A stretch of 64,000 nucleotides of DNA from the human T2T-CHM13v2.0 reference genome, Homo sapiens. Where the stretch lies: NCBI RefSeq assembly GCF_009914755.1, contig NC_060928.1; one strand, written 5' to 3'. The notes under the pieces are model-generated. The model was not told the DNA's origin. It did no database searches and was given only the letters and a program-made list of their open reading frames with translations. The stretch's first letter is position 1. Each line of letters opens with the position of its first letter. Both the position numbers and the translations under genes were made by a program. Positions 28,554 to 48,059 of this stretch are shown piece by piece.

Positions 28554-28590
28554 CTGTTACTGCCAAATTTCCACCATTGCAAAGAGGCAT
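28554..28590 (-). CDS. ASB5: Candidate alternative N-terminal exon of ASB5 (MPLCNGGNLAVT)
   Basis: ATG, 12 codons + 1 nt, donor CAG|GTAAAA. Phase 1 matches exon 2 and would give 276 aa. Confidence 0.55.
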
Positions 28591-28859
28591 CTGGAAGGGG
28601 CCATTATTCAGTTCTCAGAGGCTGTGCTGCTTTGGGTTTCTTTACAAGGCCGTGCCCTCATACAACCTTTAGGAGTCATATCTGAGCCCAGTTCTTGCTC
28701 CATTTTATTTTTTATTCTACTTTACTTAAACATGAGTACCTAAATCTGTTGGCCTAGTGATAGTGAGTGAGGGCAGATGAGGTCTGAGAGTAAGCCTGAC
28801 ATAAGCATCTTGGAAAAAAAATTGAGCAGTTGTTATCCAACAGTTAACCTTTGTTCCAA

Positions 28860-29336
28860 AGGTCATTCATTTATTGTATAAAGGTTGCTGGGAAACTACA
28901 GACGTCAATCTTGTGGTGAGTGATATCTCCTCTCCTATAGGAGAGAATGGAGTGGTGATCTGGAAGCTATGGGGAAAAAAATCATGAACGTGTCTGTCTA
29001 TCACCATCTTTGTCCTCAATGACGTAGATGACCTAAGGAGAAAAGGGTGGCCTTCACCACAAAACTGCACATACACCTGGGACGCGGAAGGGTCAAAGGG
29101 GAAGATCCGGTGACAGGAGGACAAGCTTTACCTCCGCATGTTGCTAAATGACCAGTGACGTGTGCAAACACCCACGGCACCTGGTACCCTACAGCAAAAT
29201 TCAGAATCCCAGCTGCAGCTTCCTCACACTGCCATCCAACTCTTACATTATCTTTTCTTCCAATCTCACTTGGAACAACACAAAAAAGGGAAACAGATCC
29301 AACATAACCAAGCTGACACAACACGGAGCCACCACA
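28860..29336 (-). mobile_element. Probable old ERVL-type LTR fragment
   Basis: Minus-strand start TGTGGTGGCTCCGTGTTGTGTCAGCTTGG resembles ERVL LTR 5' ends. Family and far boundary are uncertain. Confidence 0.35.
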
Positions 29337-30012
29337 GATGACAAGGTTACTTATACTTGACTTCATGACAGGAGTTTGGGACTAGTCTCTTGTTTTCTCT
29401 ATTATTGTGGTTCACATACTAGAAATATTTCCACCTGTAATGCTTGGTAGAAGTCACTAGTAAAATTATCTGCTCTTGGAGTTCTTCTGAGGAATTTTAA
29501 AAACTACTTATACATATACATATTTGAATTTACAACTATTTAAGTTCTCTCTTCTAAACTCAGCTTAGATCAGTTGTGTTATTTAGAAAATTGTCCATTT
29601 TGTCTTAATATTCAAAATTATTGGCATTATGTTGTTATATAATAACCACTTATGGTAAAAATGTCAGCGGTATCTGCTATTATAGTCTCTTCCTCAATCC
29701 AGCTGTTGTTTATTTGCACCTCTGTAACAACGACAAGTTTGGACAGAGGTTGTCTGTCCAAAGAACCAGCTTTTGGCTTTGTTGATTCTTCCTGTCTTCA
29801 TTTTTCACTTTATTAATTTCTGCTTGCAGCTTTCTTATTTTCTTCATCAATTTGTGGAAAGTGAGTGTTTTATTCTTTACATAATTTTGATTTCTTGACC
29901 TATGAGTTACTTTAAAATATTTTTTCTTAACTTCCAAATAATTTTTTTTCTAATTACATTTTGTTATTGATTTCTACATTAAAATTACTGAGGCCAGTTA
30001 TATGCTCCCTAT

Positions 30013-30238
30013 CAGAGGTCAGCCAACTATGGCTCATAGGCCAAATTTAGCCTATCATCTGTTTTTGTAAATAAAGTTTTATTGTAACAGAACTAAACTC
30101 AATTGTTTATATATTATCTATATTTTCTTTTACATAACATCAAAGTTGAAACTGTACGCAACTAGTCCCACAAAGTTGACCCAGGAGACTAAAATATTTA
30201 CTCTTTAATCTTTTACAGGAAAAGTGTGCCAACCTCTG
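30013..30238 (+). mobile_element. MER58A (hAT-Charlie)
   Basis: TIRs CAGAGGTCAGCCAAC...GTGTGCCAACCTCTG, core TGTTTTTGTAAATAAAGTTTTATTG. Confidence 0.8.
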
Positions 30239-30562
30239 GACTCTATAATATTAGTCATTTAAAATTTACTGAGACATACTTTACAGTCCTGTGTATACTT
30301 AACTCTTATAAATGTTCAAAGTGTCCATGAAAAGAATGTGGATGTGAAGTTCCATATATCAATTAGGTCTTTTTAAATTCTTCTACATGTTTATATAATG
30401 AAGATGTCTGTCTGCATAACCAATCAATTACTAAGATAATTTGATTAAAATTTTTCTCCTTAAAAATTAGGTAAATTTTTGAATTTTATACTGTAAAGCA
30501 ATTTTATTATGTGAATAAGAATTATTACAGCTTTTTAGTAAATTCAACCTCTTATTATATAG

Positions 30563-30888
<326 letters not shown>

Positions 30889-31715
30889 CAATTTTTTCCC
30901 TTAAAGTCTTATTTTTCTCATATTAATATAGCAACAGCGCTTTAAGTTAGTATTTCCCTTGGGCACATCTTTCTTGATCCTTTTATTTTCAACCTTTCTG
31001 AATCCTTATGTTTTAGACAGGACATTTCTAAAAATATATTGCTGGATATTACAAAAATTCAATCTGAACATTGTAATCTTTTAACTGGAAAAACCATTCA
31101 ATTTATAGCTATTTAATCGCCGATGTATTTGGATTTATTTTTCCCACATTAGTTTGGTGCTTTGTATTTGACTCACCATTTCTATGTTTCTTTGCTCACT
31201 TTCTTTTGTTCTTTTAAATTTTTTTATAATCCCATATTTCTCGCTTCTACTCTGAATGGTATATATTATATTTATGATTTTTAAAACACTGTGCCTAAAA
31301 TTTTATTCAGACTCAAGCATTAAGGAGAGCTAGAATAAAATTATAGCCATAATCTTGTCTACAGAAGTGACATCTTTCAAGTATAAGTTTGGGGTGATAC
31401 ATGCTTCATACACCAAAGCACAAATTCATTGATGTACAGGGCATACCACATAAACCACATTTACATCCACAGCTACATACACCTATAGCACTGAATAAAA
31501 ATACTGCTGTTTTTAATAGGCCAATTACTACTTCAATTGCTATGTATGATTTAAATCTGGAACAGCTGTTTAAAAACACGACCTCACATCTAGTACAGGG
31601 AGGCACTGACTCTTCCTCTAACAGTGGCTATCTCTTTGATAAATCTCAATTTTATCCTACGACCAAGTGAAAATAGCCAAACTGTAAACAGTCACTTGAG
31701 TTAAGATGACCCAGG

Positions 31716-32074
31716 GGTTGGGCCTGGTGGTTCACACCTATAATCCTAACACTTTTGAAGACCGAGGAGGTGGGAGAATTGCTTGGGGCCAGTAGTTTGA
31801 GATCAGCCTGGGCAACATAGCAAGACCCCCATCTCTACAAAAAAATAATTTAAAAATTAGCTGGGCATGGTGACATGTGCCTATAACCCCAGATACTCAG
31901 GATGTCGGGGCTTATCCTGAGTAGCTGGGACTACAGGCACACTACAGGTTCAAGTGGGGAGGATCACTTGAGCCCAGGAGTTCAAGGCTGCAGTGAGCTA
32001 TGATTGCACCACTGTGCTCTCACCTGGGCAACAGAGATCCTATCTCAACAACAACAGCAACAATAACAAAAAAG
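31716..32074 (+). mobile_element. Alu (AluJ-like) with internal inverted insert
   Basis: Alu consensus with (CAA)n tail, interrupted at about 31904-31955. Confidence 0.88.
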
Positions 32075-32237
32075 ATGACCCAGGCCTCACCTCAGTCACC
32101 ACCCTCTTTATAAGCTGTCCCCTAAAGCCAGCTCTTCAGGAGTTCCCAGATAAACTTAATTATTCATTACCAGGAAGTGATGAGATACGTTATGAAGCTA
32201 TGCAAACATAATGAAACACAAAGAAATCCCCCATATT

Positions 32238-33160
32238 GACAAAGGGCTAATATCCAGAATCTACAAAGAACTTAAATAAATTTATGAGAAAAAATCAAAC
32301 AACCCCATCAAAAAGTGGGGAGAGGATATGAACAGACACTTTTCAAAAGAAGACATTTATGCAGCCAACAGACACATGAAAAAATGCTCATCATCACTGG
32401 TCATCAGAGAAATGCAAGTCAAAACCACAATGAGGTATCATCTCACACCAGTTAGAATGGCGATCATTAAAAAGTCAGGAAACAACAGGTGCTGGAGAGG
32501 ATGTGGAGAAATAGGAATGCTTTTATACTGTTGGTGGGAGTATAAACTAGTTCAACCATTGTGGAAGACAGTGTGGCGATTCCTCAAGGATCTAGAACTA
32601 GATATACCATTTGACGCAGCCATCTCATTACTGGGTATATACCCAAAGGATTACAAATCATGCTACTATAAAGACACATGCACACGTATGTTTATTGTGG
32701 CACTATTCACAATAGCAAAGACTTGGAACCAACCCAAATGTCCATCAATGACAGACTGGATTAAGAAAATGTGGCACATATACACCATGGAATACTATGC
32801 GGCCATAAAAAAGGATGAGTTCATGTCCTTTGTAGCGACATGGATGAAGCTGGAAACCATCATTCTGAGCAAACTATCGCAAGGACAGAAAAACCAAACA
32901 CCGCATATTCTTATTCTTCGGTGGGAATTGAACAATGAGAACACTTGAATACAGGGTGAGGAACATCACACACTGGGGCCTGTCGTGGGGTGGAGACTGG
33001 GGGAGGGATAACATTAGGAGAAATACCTAATGTAAATGATGAGTTAATGGGTGCAGCACACCAACATGGCACTTGTATACCTATGTAACAAACCTACACG
33101 TTGTGCACATGTACCCTAGAACTTAAAGTATATAAAAAAAATTACACAGATAAAAAAAAA
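32238..33160 (+). mobile_element. 5'-truncated L1PA (ORF2 C-terminus, 3' UTR, poly-A)
   Basis: ORF 32328-32948 is L1 ORF2 (CWRGCGEIG...CWW cysteine-rich domain). Perfect TSD AAGAAATCCCCCATATTGA at 32221-32239 and 33159-33177. Confidence 0.96.
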
Positions 33161-33819
33161 GAAATCCCCCATATTGATCTTGGTGTAAAATTAGTAATGG
33201 TTATTTAACTTAGGCTAATTAGAACTTGCTGTGTTGCTGTTAAAATATCAGAATTGGAAGAAGTGGGGGAAAATGTTTTACTGTATTTAATTTTAACCAT
33301 AAGGGGAAAGGCTTTTACAGCTACTATAAGACTATTTATGGGTCAAGAGATAATAGGGAAAAAGGAAGAATGATGCTATTCGATGAGATTTTTCTGAGGC
33401 AATCTTCTATAAAGTCTTTTTAAAATCTTATCTTAAGAAAAAGAAGAACCTTTCAGACCACCTATCAGATACATGCAGTACATGTATTCAGGATGTAAGG
33501 AATGGACTCTGAAAGATAATTTCACTTAAACCAGTATCACAGCACTAGCCATGACCACAGAGTATGAGTGTAGACAGTCCACACCACAGTGCAGTTGCTT
33601 ATTTAGTGAGTTCAGGTGCTGTGAACTGTTTCTCCAGATATTAAAGCTGAAACATGAACTACACCAATAATGATACGGGGAATGCTTTTTTAAAAATGCA
33701 TTTGCAGAAGCAAACTCTCCTCAGTATACTGAATGTCTAGATGTGTACACAGCTCAAAGTGAGATACTTCCTTAAGAATGGTAAGGGGTAGCTACAAAAA
33801 CAAAACAGAAAACCTTCAG

Positions 33820-36353
<2,534 letters not shown>

Positions 36354-36870
36354 TATACAGTTTTGTGTTTCAAAATCTTGTATTAAACTCTGTAAACAAA
36401 GTTCTGACCATTTTTCCCAGTTGCGGCGTATTTTATGATCAAGAAAATACTAATTAACAAAAAGATCCCAGGTAAAAAGATTTTAAAATAGAGGCAGAGG
36501 TTAACAGAAAATGCGACACTCCCAATATGAGAAGAGAAGAGTAAACACTTGGCTCTTCTTACCCTGCTGTTCTTTATTCCAACCTGCAGTCTTAGTGGGA
36601 CTCTCTGCTCTCCCTGATTGGGAGAGCAGATCTGCTGAATGTCTGCTCTACCACTGAGGGTAATAAGAGACTTCAGTTCTTCTCCCATTGGTGCTGAGAA
36701 GTAACAGGGCATCCGAGAAGACCTAGGAAATTTCTCCTCATATGAAACTGTGCTTGGTGGAGAGGATGAGAAAACATGGAGTTAGACGAGTGCTCCAGAG
36801 GGCTGGGGAAGCAAAATTTCCAACAGCATTCTTTAAGTGACCTTAGGCGATCCTTAAAAGAAAGTGAGTT

Positions 36871-37295
<425 letters not shown>

Positions 37296-38367
37296 TTACG
37301 TTCTGGAATAGGGTGGCTGAGGTCACGGGCGTGATAAATTCACAAAAGGTAGCTTGGGTTCTTTGTGCTAAAAGTTTCTCTGGCCAGGAAACTGATTCAC
37401 CAAAAGTCAAAATAAATGTGCATAGCATTATTTAGCATTCAGAGCTAAAAGTGGACGTAGAAATCATTTTCTTTAGCCATTTACAAATGGCTTCAAAGAG
37501 CCCGAGGAGTTCAATAAAGTACCTCAGAGTGTGCTGGCAAAGTGTGGGCTGTCTCCCATCAGGGTAGCTTCCACTCTCAGCTTTACAAAATGACCTTCCA
37601 GATCACAAAAGAAAGCCCCAATGGCTTTAGAAAAGATTCAAAAACCAGTGATCCCGTCTAACTCCTTCATTTTGCAGATAAAGAAACAGGTCGAGAGAGG
37701 GGAGGTGGCATTCTCAAAGCGGCTCATAGGGCTATCAGCAAAACAAGACAGGAACAGAGATTGTCTGCTTCTGACTTGGACTCTTTCCAATGTACTAGAT
37801 TGCTAGTTAACGCCACGTGCGAACAAATCTAAACTAGTGAATATAAAACAAGGAAGACAGAAACAGATCTCTCATCACCAGCACCTACATCATAAGGTTT
37901 TCATAAAGATTAAACGTGTTTATAATGGTACTTGTTTAGAGCAGTTCCTGGCATGTACATAAGAACTGGGCATTTACCATTCTTATAAAATGACACTTTT
38001 CTGGTCCTTTCATTCTTTTTACCCACTTTGTCCACACACCGTTTTATCTACCAACTGCCAGCTTGAAATTTTCAAAGGGTCGCAAATCCATACAAGGAAT
38101 AAAATCAACAATCTGTGTTCTCTAGTCTGAGGACAACAGCTGCCGAGGAGAAAATCTGATCTGCACCATGGACAAGGACTTCATGTAAGAACCATCTTAC
38201 ACATAAACCTTCTCCTCCCCATGGCTCTAGCCACAGATAGTTTTATCACCGCTTAACCATGTGCTCATGGGAGGTTTAGCTTCTGACAGCAGTTGGGACG
38301 TTTTATGTTGATACTTTTAATGAAAATCAAACGTATTTGCAGAAGTGTATCTTAAGAGCAGAAAGCA

Positions 38368-38713
<346 letters not shown>

Positions 38714-38872
38714 TTAAGAATAAAAATGTATTCAATTAAAAATGGAGAATCAAAAGGTGAACAAGCAGTGTTCTTTACTTAAAGGAAAACGATCTTCGAG
38801 TTAATAAGACATGAAAAAATACTTGAATACATTAGCAGCCATTAACTGATTCTAGTTAAAGAGAAACACATA

Positions 38873-39210
<338 letters not shown>

Positions 39211-40524
39211 TTATTTGGCGGAGTGTGCAGGGGTGCTGTTCTAATGCCACTTTTTGAGGTTAAAAGAAATCGGGAAAAGGGACAATATGTCTGATTAAGA
39301 AGAAGGAATGGAAGGCATTACTTATAGATTCAACTTCGGACAGTATTGATTTTCTGTCTTCACTTGTTGTTTGAAAATTAACTTCCAGAATCAATATCCA
39401 TTAACACTTATTCAGTGCACATGCACCCGCAACATTCAGCTAGGGACAGTTAGAACAGGTACCATCCTGCATTGAAAAGGGTAACAAATTCCATTCACTT
39501 AAGTTTGAGTCCCCTCACTTTCTCCCTTCCTCTTTCCCTTTCTTCCTTCCATGAATATTCATTAAGAACCTGCCATGTGCTGGCATTTGTCTAAATTCCG
39601 AAGATGAAGTGAATCTGTCTTCATATGGCATACAAGCTGGTAATGATATTGACTTGATGAGATGGTCAGTATTGAGTTTGTTTAGGCTGTCATGAAGATG
39701 GGGAAAAAGCCACATGGAAAATATTAAGATAATCCATGTCTTGCTGGGGTTGGTACAAAGACTCTGAAAGACAGATTGCAATCCAATACAGATATTAGCT
39801 CTAGACAAAGGACACTGCCTGTTTTGTAATATAAAGAAACAAAATCTCACAAATGGTAAGAATGCATGATGTCAGAAGCAATGTCAGAAGACCAGGGCTC
39901 ACATTTTTACTTTCCTCTAAGATCAATAACCTTGAGCAAATGCCTCTGCAGTTTAAAGCCTTTTTTCTTCTCTACAAAGGAAGCATAACATAATACCATT
40001 ACCTTATGTAGGGCACAGTTATGAGGATTATGGCATGTGTGAAAGTTTGTGAATTATAACAAAAATATAATGTATTAGCATTACATTAAAGTGTGAGGTA
40101 GGGCATGTTCAGGTCAAAGCCTAGGAAAAGAAAACGTCAAAAGAGACTGACTATACACATGTACTAAGTCCAATTACAAAACTTTGAGAAACATGAGACT
40201 TACTTTATGTTGAAGAGGATGTTTACTTTTTTCCATTTCTCATTGTCTCCTGTCTTCAAATATTAATCACATAATATATACTGGAAAAACAACTCACAGA
40301 TATACCTCAATTTTTAAAAATGTAGTCTAAAAAATGTACATTTATAAAACAGATTTTTTATTTCCAAAGGACAAAATTCAGTGATTTACTAAAAGTTCTT
40401 TTATACACAATTTATAAAGCACAACAGTGCACACATTCTGGTAAACTTTTTGACTGGTATTTTACCAAGTTTCAAACATAGCTTTTAAAGAACCTAGGAT
40501 TTAGCTATTTTGAAAAATAGTTCA

Positions 40525-42970
<2,446 letters not shown>

Positions 42971-43744
42971 GAAAAATAGCAATTATGCTACAATACTCCT
43001 ATTCTGGTATTATCACACAGAACTGGATTTCTATAATCTCAGAGAACAAAAGGTCATTATTGTATTATTAGCATTATTCTTTAAAAGTCTATTAGAGACT
43101 AGCAAGACTGAGCTATGTCCTGAAACTTTTAGGGGCTGTCATATATGGCTGTGTTATTCAAAAACGTTACTCTCAAGTTTGCAGTTCACCATAAGATATT
43201 CCATTTTGAGAGAGTTCTTTGTCCTTCATCATATTCCTGCCAAGCTTTGAGTAGTAAAAACTCATTTCTGACTTGAGGCTGAGATTCACACCTGCCTACA
43301 TCACATAGGAGAAAGCTAGCATCTCAGATCTTGCAACTAAGAGCATTAATTTTCCCACTGTTTTTATTATAATTTTGTTCCCTATTGTTAACATTTATGG
43401 TATAATGGTCTCATAGCAAAGAAAGAATACAAAAATCATTCTTTGTGTTTTATTATTTTCTCATTGGAGGCTTAGCCACCTTCAGACAGGCTTTGCAGTG
43501 GCCTGGTAAAGGGGCAAGGGTTCCTGGAAAGCTCAGTTTTAGGATCGATACTTTCTAAACCTGTGCATAAGGCTCCAGATAATTCAAAATATGAATTCAA
43601 GTTTGAGGTCTTTCAATGATTCTATGAGATAATTCCATATCTTCATTTCCAAATATACTCTGCTTATTTTTAAATGGTTTGTTTTTCTTTTTTCTCATAA
43701 GGAAAAAAACTTTCTGTAAGATATGACAAGGAAAACTATGTTTT

Positions 43745-44010
43745 GCCAGGCGTGGTGGCTCATGCCTGTAATCCTAGCTCTTAGGGAGGCCGAAGCAGGT
43801 GGAAGGCTTGACCTCGGGAGTCTGAGACCAGCCTGGGCAACATGGTGAAACCCTGTCTCTACAAAAATTACAAAAATTAGCTGGGCATGGTTGCTTGCAC
43901 CTGTAGTCCCAGCTACATGGGGGGCTGAGGCGGGAGGATTGCTTGAGCCTGAGGCAGAGGTTGCAGTGAGCCAATATCGCACCACTGCACTCCAAGAAAA
44001 AAAGAAAAGA
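43745..44010 (+). mobile_element. Alu (AluJ-like), 3' end shortened
   Basis: TSD AAAACTATGTTTTG. The body stops at CACTCCA before the A-tail. Confidence 0.9.
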
Positions 44011-47000
44011 AAAACTATGTTTTGGTCACTTCCTGAAGAGACCAGCTGGCAGAAAGGAGCAGAGAAAATAAAGGAAAAAAGACAAATCCCTGAGCTAGCT
44101 GACTCAGTTCTTTGTTGTGAATGTTGACATTAGATTTTGTCTTTCACTATCAGCTGCCAGAGATTATGAGAAAATAAAATAAAAGGACAAGAGGCTTTTA
44201 AGAAGGATGGTTTGGCAAAGGACGTTACTATCTGGTGCTTTGTTGTGTGCTGGAGGTTAAGCAGCTTTGACTCTTTCTGTGGCACTGACTATAATGGAGA
44301 GCCAAGAATTTGCCAAGACTTGCCATTGTTACATGCTGTTATGTAACTCATCAAAGAGTTCTTTCAGAGCAACCCAGGCTTTCCCACAGGACAACCATGA
44401 CCAGGTATTTGACCAAATGCGCCCAGGAAAACATTTCTGTTTGAAGAATTTCTGTCAAGAAAAGTTTCTTGGACAGAATAAGATTGTAGAAGAAATTTCT
44501 GCAAGTAATTTTAAAACTCCCAACTCTGAACTAGCCTTCCCAACCTTAACATTCTGCCTAGGTCCTGGTCACACTAGCCAAACTCTGCATTACTTTGCTC
44601 CAATCCTATGGAACAGCTCAGAATGTCTTACTTTCCTTTGTATCAGAGGGAGTACCTGCAAAAACATACCTTGAGTCTTAAAGGCATAAAATAAATGGCT
44701 TATTTTTGGCAAGCATTGTATTTTCTGTCTTTTAAAATAGTTATAGTTCTCCAATAACTTTCCTTTTATATAGAAAGGGCCAGTCGACAAGGCGCATGGA
44801 TGGCACAGAGACCTCATGCACACGAGGCTTTGATTTTGCCACTCACCCCGTGTTTATTCGGTGAGAAAGACCATGGAGTGGAAGAGGAATCTGGGTTGGA
44901 ATTCTGCTTCTTCTAGTTACTACCCGAAAAAACTGACAACTTACTAAGCTCTTTAGAGCTTCAGTGAATTGTTACATTGGCAGATAAATCAAGCTGACCT
45001 CTGAAACGATCTAACCAAAGAGCTAATATGATCCTGGGGTAGAACACCTGCTTAGTAGACAGGTCCTGGTATTATATTATGTGCTTGTAGTAACCGTTTG
45101 GCAAACATAGTTAATTTATTACAATGTTAATGTTACTATCTTTTCCTACTGATGCTTTCCTGTGTTACTAAATTATAGGCAATTCTATCCTGTTTTTGAA
45201 TTTTTTAAAAAAGTATGATATAGAAAGTTAACATCTATAGAGTGTTGACTTTACGCCAGACACTGTGGCAAGTGATTAAGGTAATAAATTATATTTCATA
45301 TAAGATTTCTATGAATCCGCTCAAGTAGTATCAATACCTCCATTAAACTGAGATCTACAGACGTTAAGCAACTTTCCTGAGATCACACAGCTAGAAAATG
45401 CTACAACCATGACAGAACAATTTATGTCTGGGTCAAACATTGTGCAATATGCAAGGGGTTTTTAACCTCCATATTCTCTTTTTTTAAGGTCTTTTATTCA
45501 TTCTACAACCATTTGCTGACTTTCTTCAATATCCAAAGCAGTGTTTTTCCTGCATGCCATTGAGAGTTATTTCAAGGACCAAGTGACTTTGGTCTAGGAA
45601 ATTGAAATTTTCTTCTCCATAATAAAAGCAGTTTTGACTGATCTACTTTTCTTGTAGCCCGTTAAAATTCAGTCTCTAGTCAAGTATTTGGCAAGAATCA
45701 CAGGTTTGTCTCATGAGCCTTAGGTTAATTATAAAGTACATAGTTTTTTTTCTTCTACTTAAAAACATTGTCTTTCAAAAGTAATGGAATATTCCTTATA
45801 ATGCTATAGAACCAGGTTTGTAGTCATTTTGTACATGCTTTCTAAAATGGAGCTTTAAACCTACAAAATCTCGATCACTGAATTCAATTAAGTTTCATAA
45901 ATAAAAATAAAAATGCTTTTTCAAAAAAATAGTATCATCAGTTTCAGTAGACTCCAAGTACTAAGCTTACTTAAACTGATTTCTTTTCACATTCTTGGAA
46001 TGTCACACCAATTAGATATGCAACTATTGTTTTGGGACTTAATGTTCAGTAAAGGTTTTTTTTCTCCAGCCAGAGCCAGTCTTGTTTTGTTGGTTTATTT
46101 GAGTAATGGTAAGTAGCCAGAAAACTTAGCCCCTATACTAGATTCTACTTGAGCATTTTCATCATAACTATGGTGGGTGGGAGAGAGAGAGAAGGAGAGA
46201 GATGCTTACAGTTTCATTTCACTCCTTTTCTTTTAGTTCTTGGAGTTACAATGAAGTATTTATTCTTTCCTGGATGCAACAGATCTGCGACCTGTGTATT
46301 TGAGCTCTAAAGAATTAGCACTTTTTCCTTTTCCAAATTCATGATTCTAGATCACAGGTCAAGATGGAAGTAAGACACAAAACTTCCAAATTCAAGAATT
46401 CATTAGGTGCATCATTTCATTCTAAAAATGAACTATTACTTTTACTTGATGAATGACGGAAACACCATTTCTCTAGTGAATGAAGTAGAATTTGGAAAAC
46501 ATAAGTGCACATAAATCTCCTCAGTGGCTAATCAAAGATGTATTTGGTTGCTACTGAGGGGTTGAGTCACTACCAAAGTCACCGCTGTTTCCATGGTCAT
46601 TATTTAACAGCTCTTGTAGTGCATTGAGTCTGCTTTAGAAGAAGTCTTGAGACTGCTTTAGAAGAAGGATTGCTTCCTTTCTCACTTTGACAGCCTTACC
46701 TGATTTAATTCACAAGGGACTTTGCGGCATTATGATGGTGAAGAGCAGATTTCCAATGGATGGGCCTTCACTTAAATTTTATCATTGTCAGCTTTCATTT
46801 AAATCACACTGCACACTTGACAGCTGAGGTGAGCCAGTGCTTCTATTTAAAAACATGAATGGCATTTTGGTGTTAAATTTCAGTTTGTTTGTACTCTACC
46901 CATAGTTTAAGACTATAAGCCTTCTGGAAAGAGTATGTGTATTTCTGAAGGTTTCTATTTTACTCAGTGGGTACCGGTGGCATGGAAATTTTAGCTGCCC

Positions 47001-47730
47001 TGATAGAGAGAGGATGCCTTCCTGACATTTCACATAGTTATGTACATGCCTGACAGGCCCCAAATGTTTGCTGCTCATCTAATCCCTAGGAAAGAATTTC
47101 GAAAGGATATTCAGCTATGACTCATATTATCAGATGGTTAGGTTCTGTAAAGATATGTGTAACAAATAATATTTTCCATAAACTGGGACAGTCTAGTTTT
47201 AAATATTATTTTATCCCTTTCTTTGAAGAAAAAATTATTACTATTTTAAAGCCCAACTTATGAAGATTTATGAAAGTAGAGTTGTTCTGTTCGAAAGGGG
47301 GAAGGGGACCCATGGGGACCTTGCCCCCTCACACCACCCTAGCTTCTGAGCCCCTGACGGCCTTCTAGAAAAATCTTAAATCTACCTTAAATATGGGATA
47401 TTAATCTATCTTAAATCTATAAGACAGATTTTTAAAATCCTTTTCCATGGTAACCAATGAGGAATTGTAGAATGAGGATTGAGAAAAAAAATCATCTAAT
47501 AAATGTTCACCTTTAACCTAAATTTCACAGAGTGGACTTGTTTAATCACAGACCACCTGGAAGATTCTTTCAGTATTCATTTAACAATTTATGATACTCC
47601 TTAAGCCTCTCCCTCCCTGACATGATATTCTTTGGGCATTTCCAGTCTAAAAAGCCAATGGTCTGCTTTGTAGCATTGCTGAGGGAAGGCTGGAAAGAAT
47701 AAATGACTTGTTCCCTATGCAGCTGATAAT

Positions 47731-48059
47731 GTTTTGTTTTGTTGTTGCTGTTGTTTGTTTTTGTTTGTTTGTTTTGTTTTTTTGAGACGGAGTCTAGCTC
47801 TGTTGCCAGGCTAGAGTTCAGTGGCGCAATCTCGGCTCACTGCAACTTCCGCCTCCCAGGTTCAAGGATTCTCCTTCCTCAGCCTCCCGAGTAGCTGGGA
47901 TTACAGGCACGTGCTGCAACACCCAGCTAATTCTTGTATTTTTAGTAGAGATGGGGTTTCACCTTGCTGGCCAAGATGGTCTCAATCTCCTGACCTCGTG
48001 ATCCACCTACCTCAGCCTCCCATAGTGCTGGGGTTACAGGCGTGAGCCACCACGTCGGC
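47731..48059 (-). mobile_element. Alu (AluSc-like) with GTTT-type tail
   Basis: Reverse Alu consensus. Confidence 0.92.

Noticed and set aside
32328-32948. 206-aa ORF as a host gene
   Set aside because: It is the C-terminal part of L1 ORF2 in a 0.9-kb 5'-truncated copy with TSDs, with no promoter or RT domain.
36652-36712. Another phase-1 first exon (MPCYFSAPMGEELKSLITLS G|GTAGAG)
   Set aside because: The frame fits exon 2, but the donor GTG|GTAGAG is weak and no promoter evidence is visible.
46624-46669. 23-bp tandem duplication TTGAG(T/A)CTGCTTTAGAAGAAG
   Set aside because: An ordinary short slippage duplication with no functional clue.
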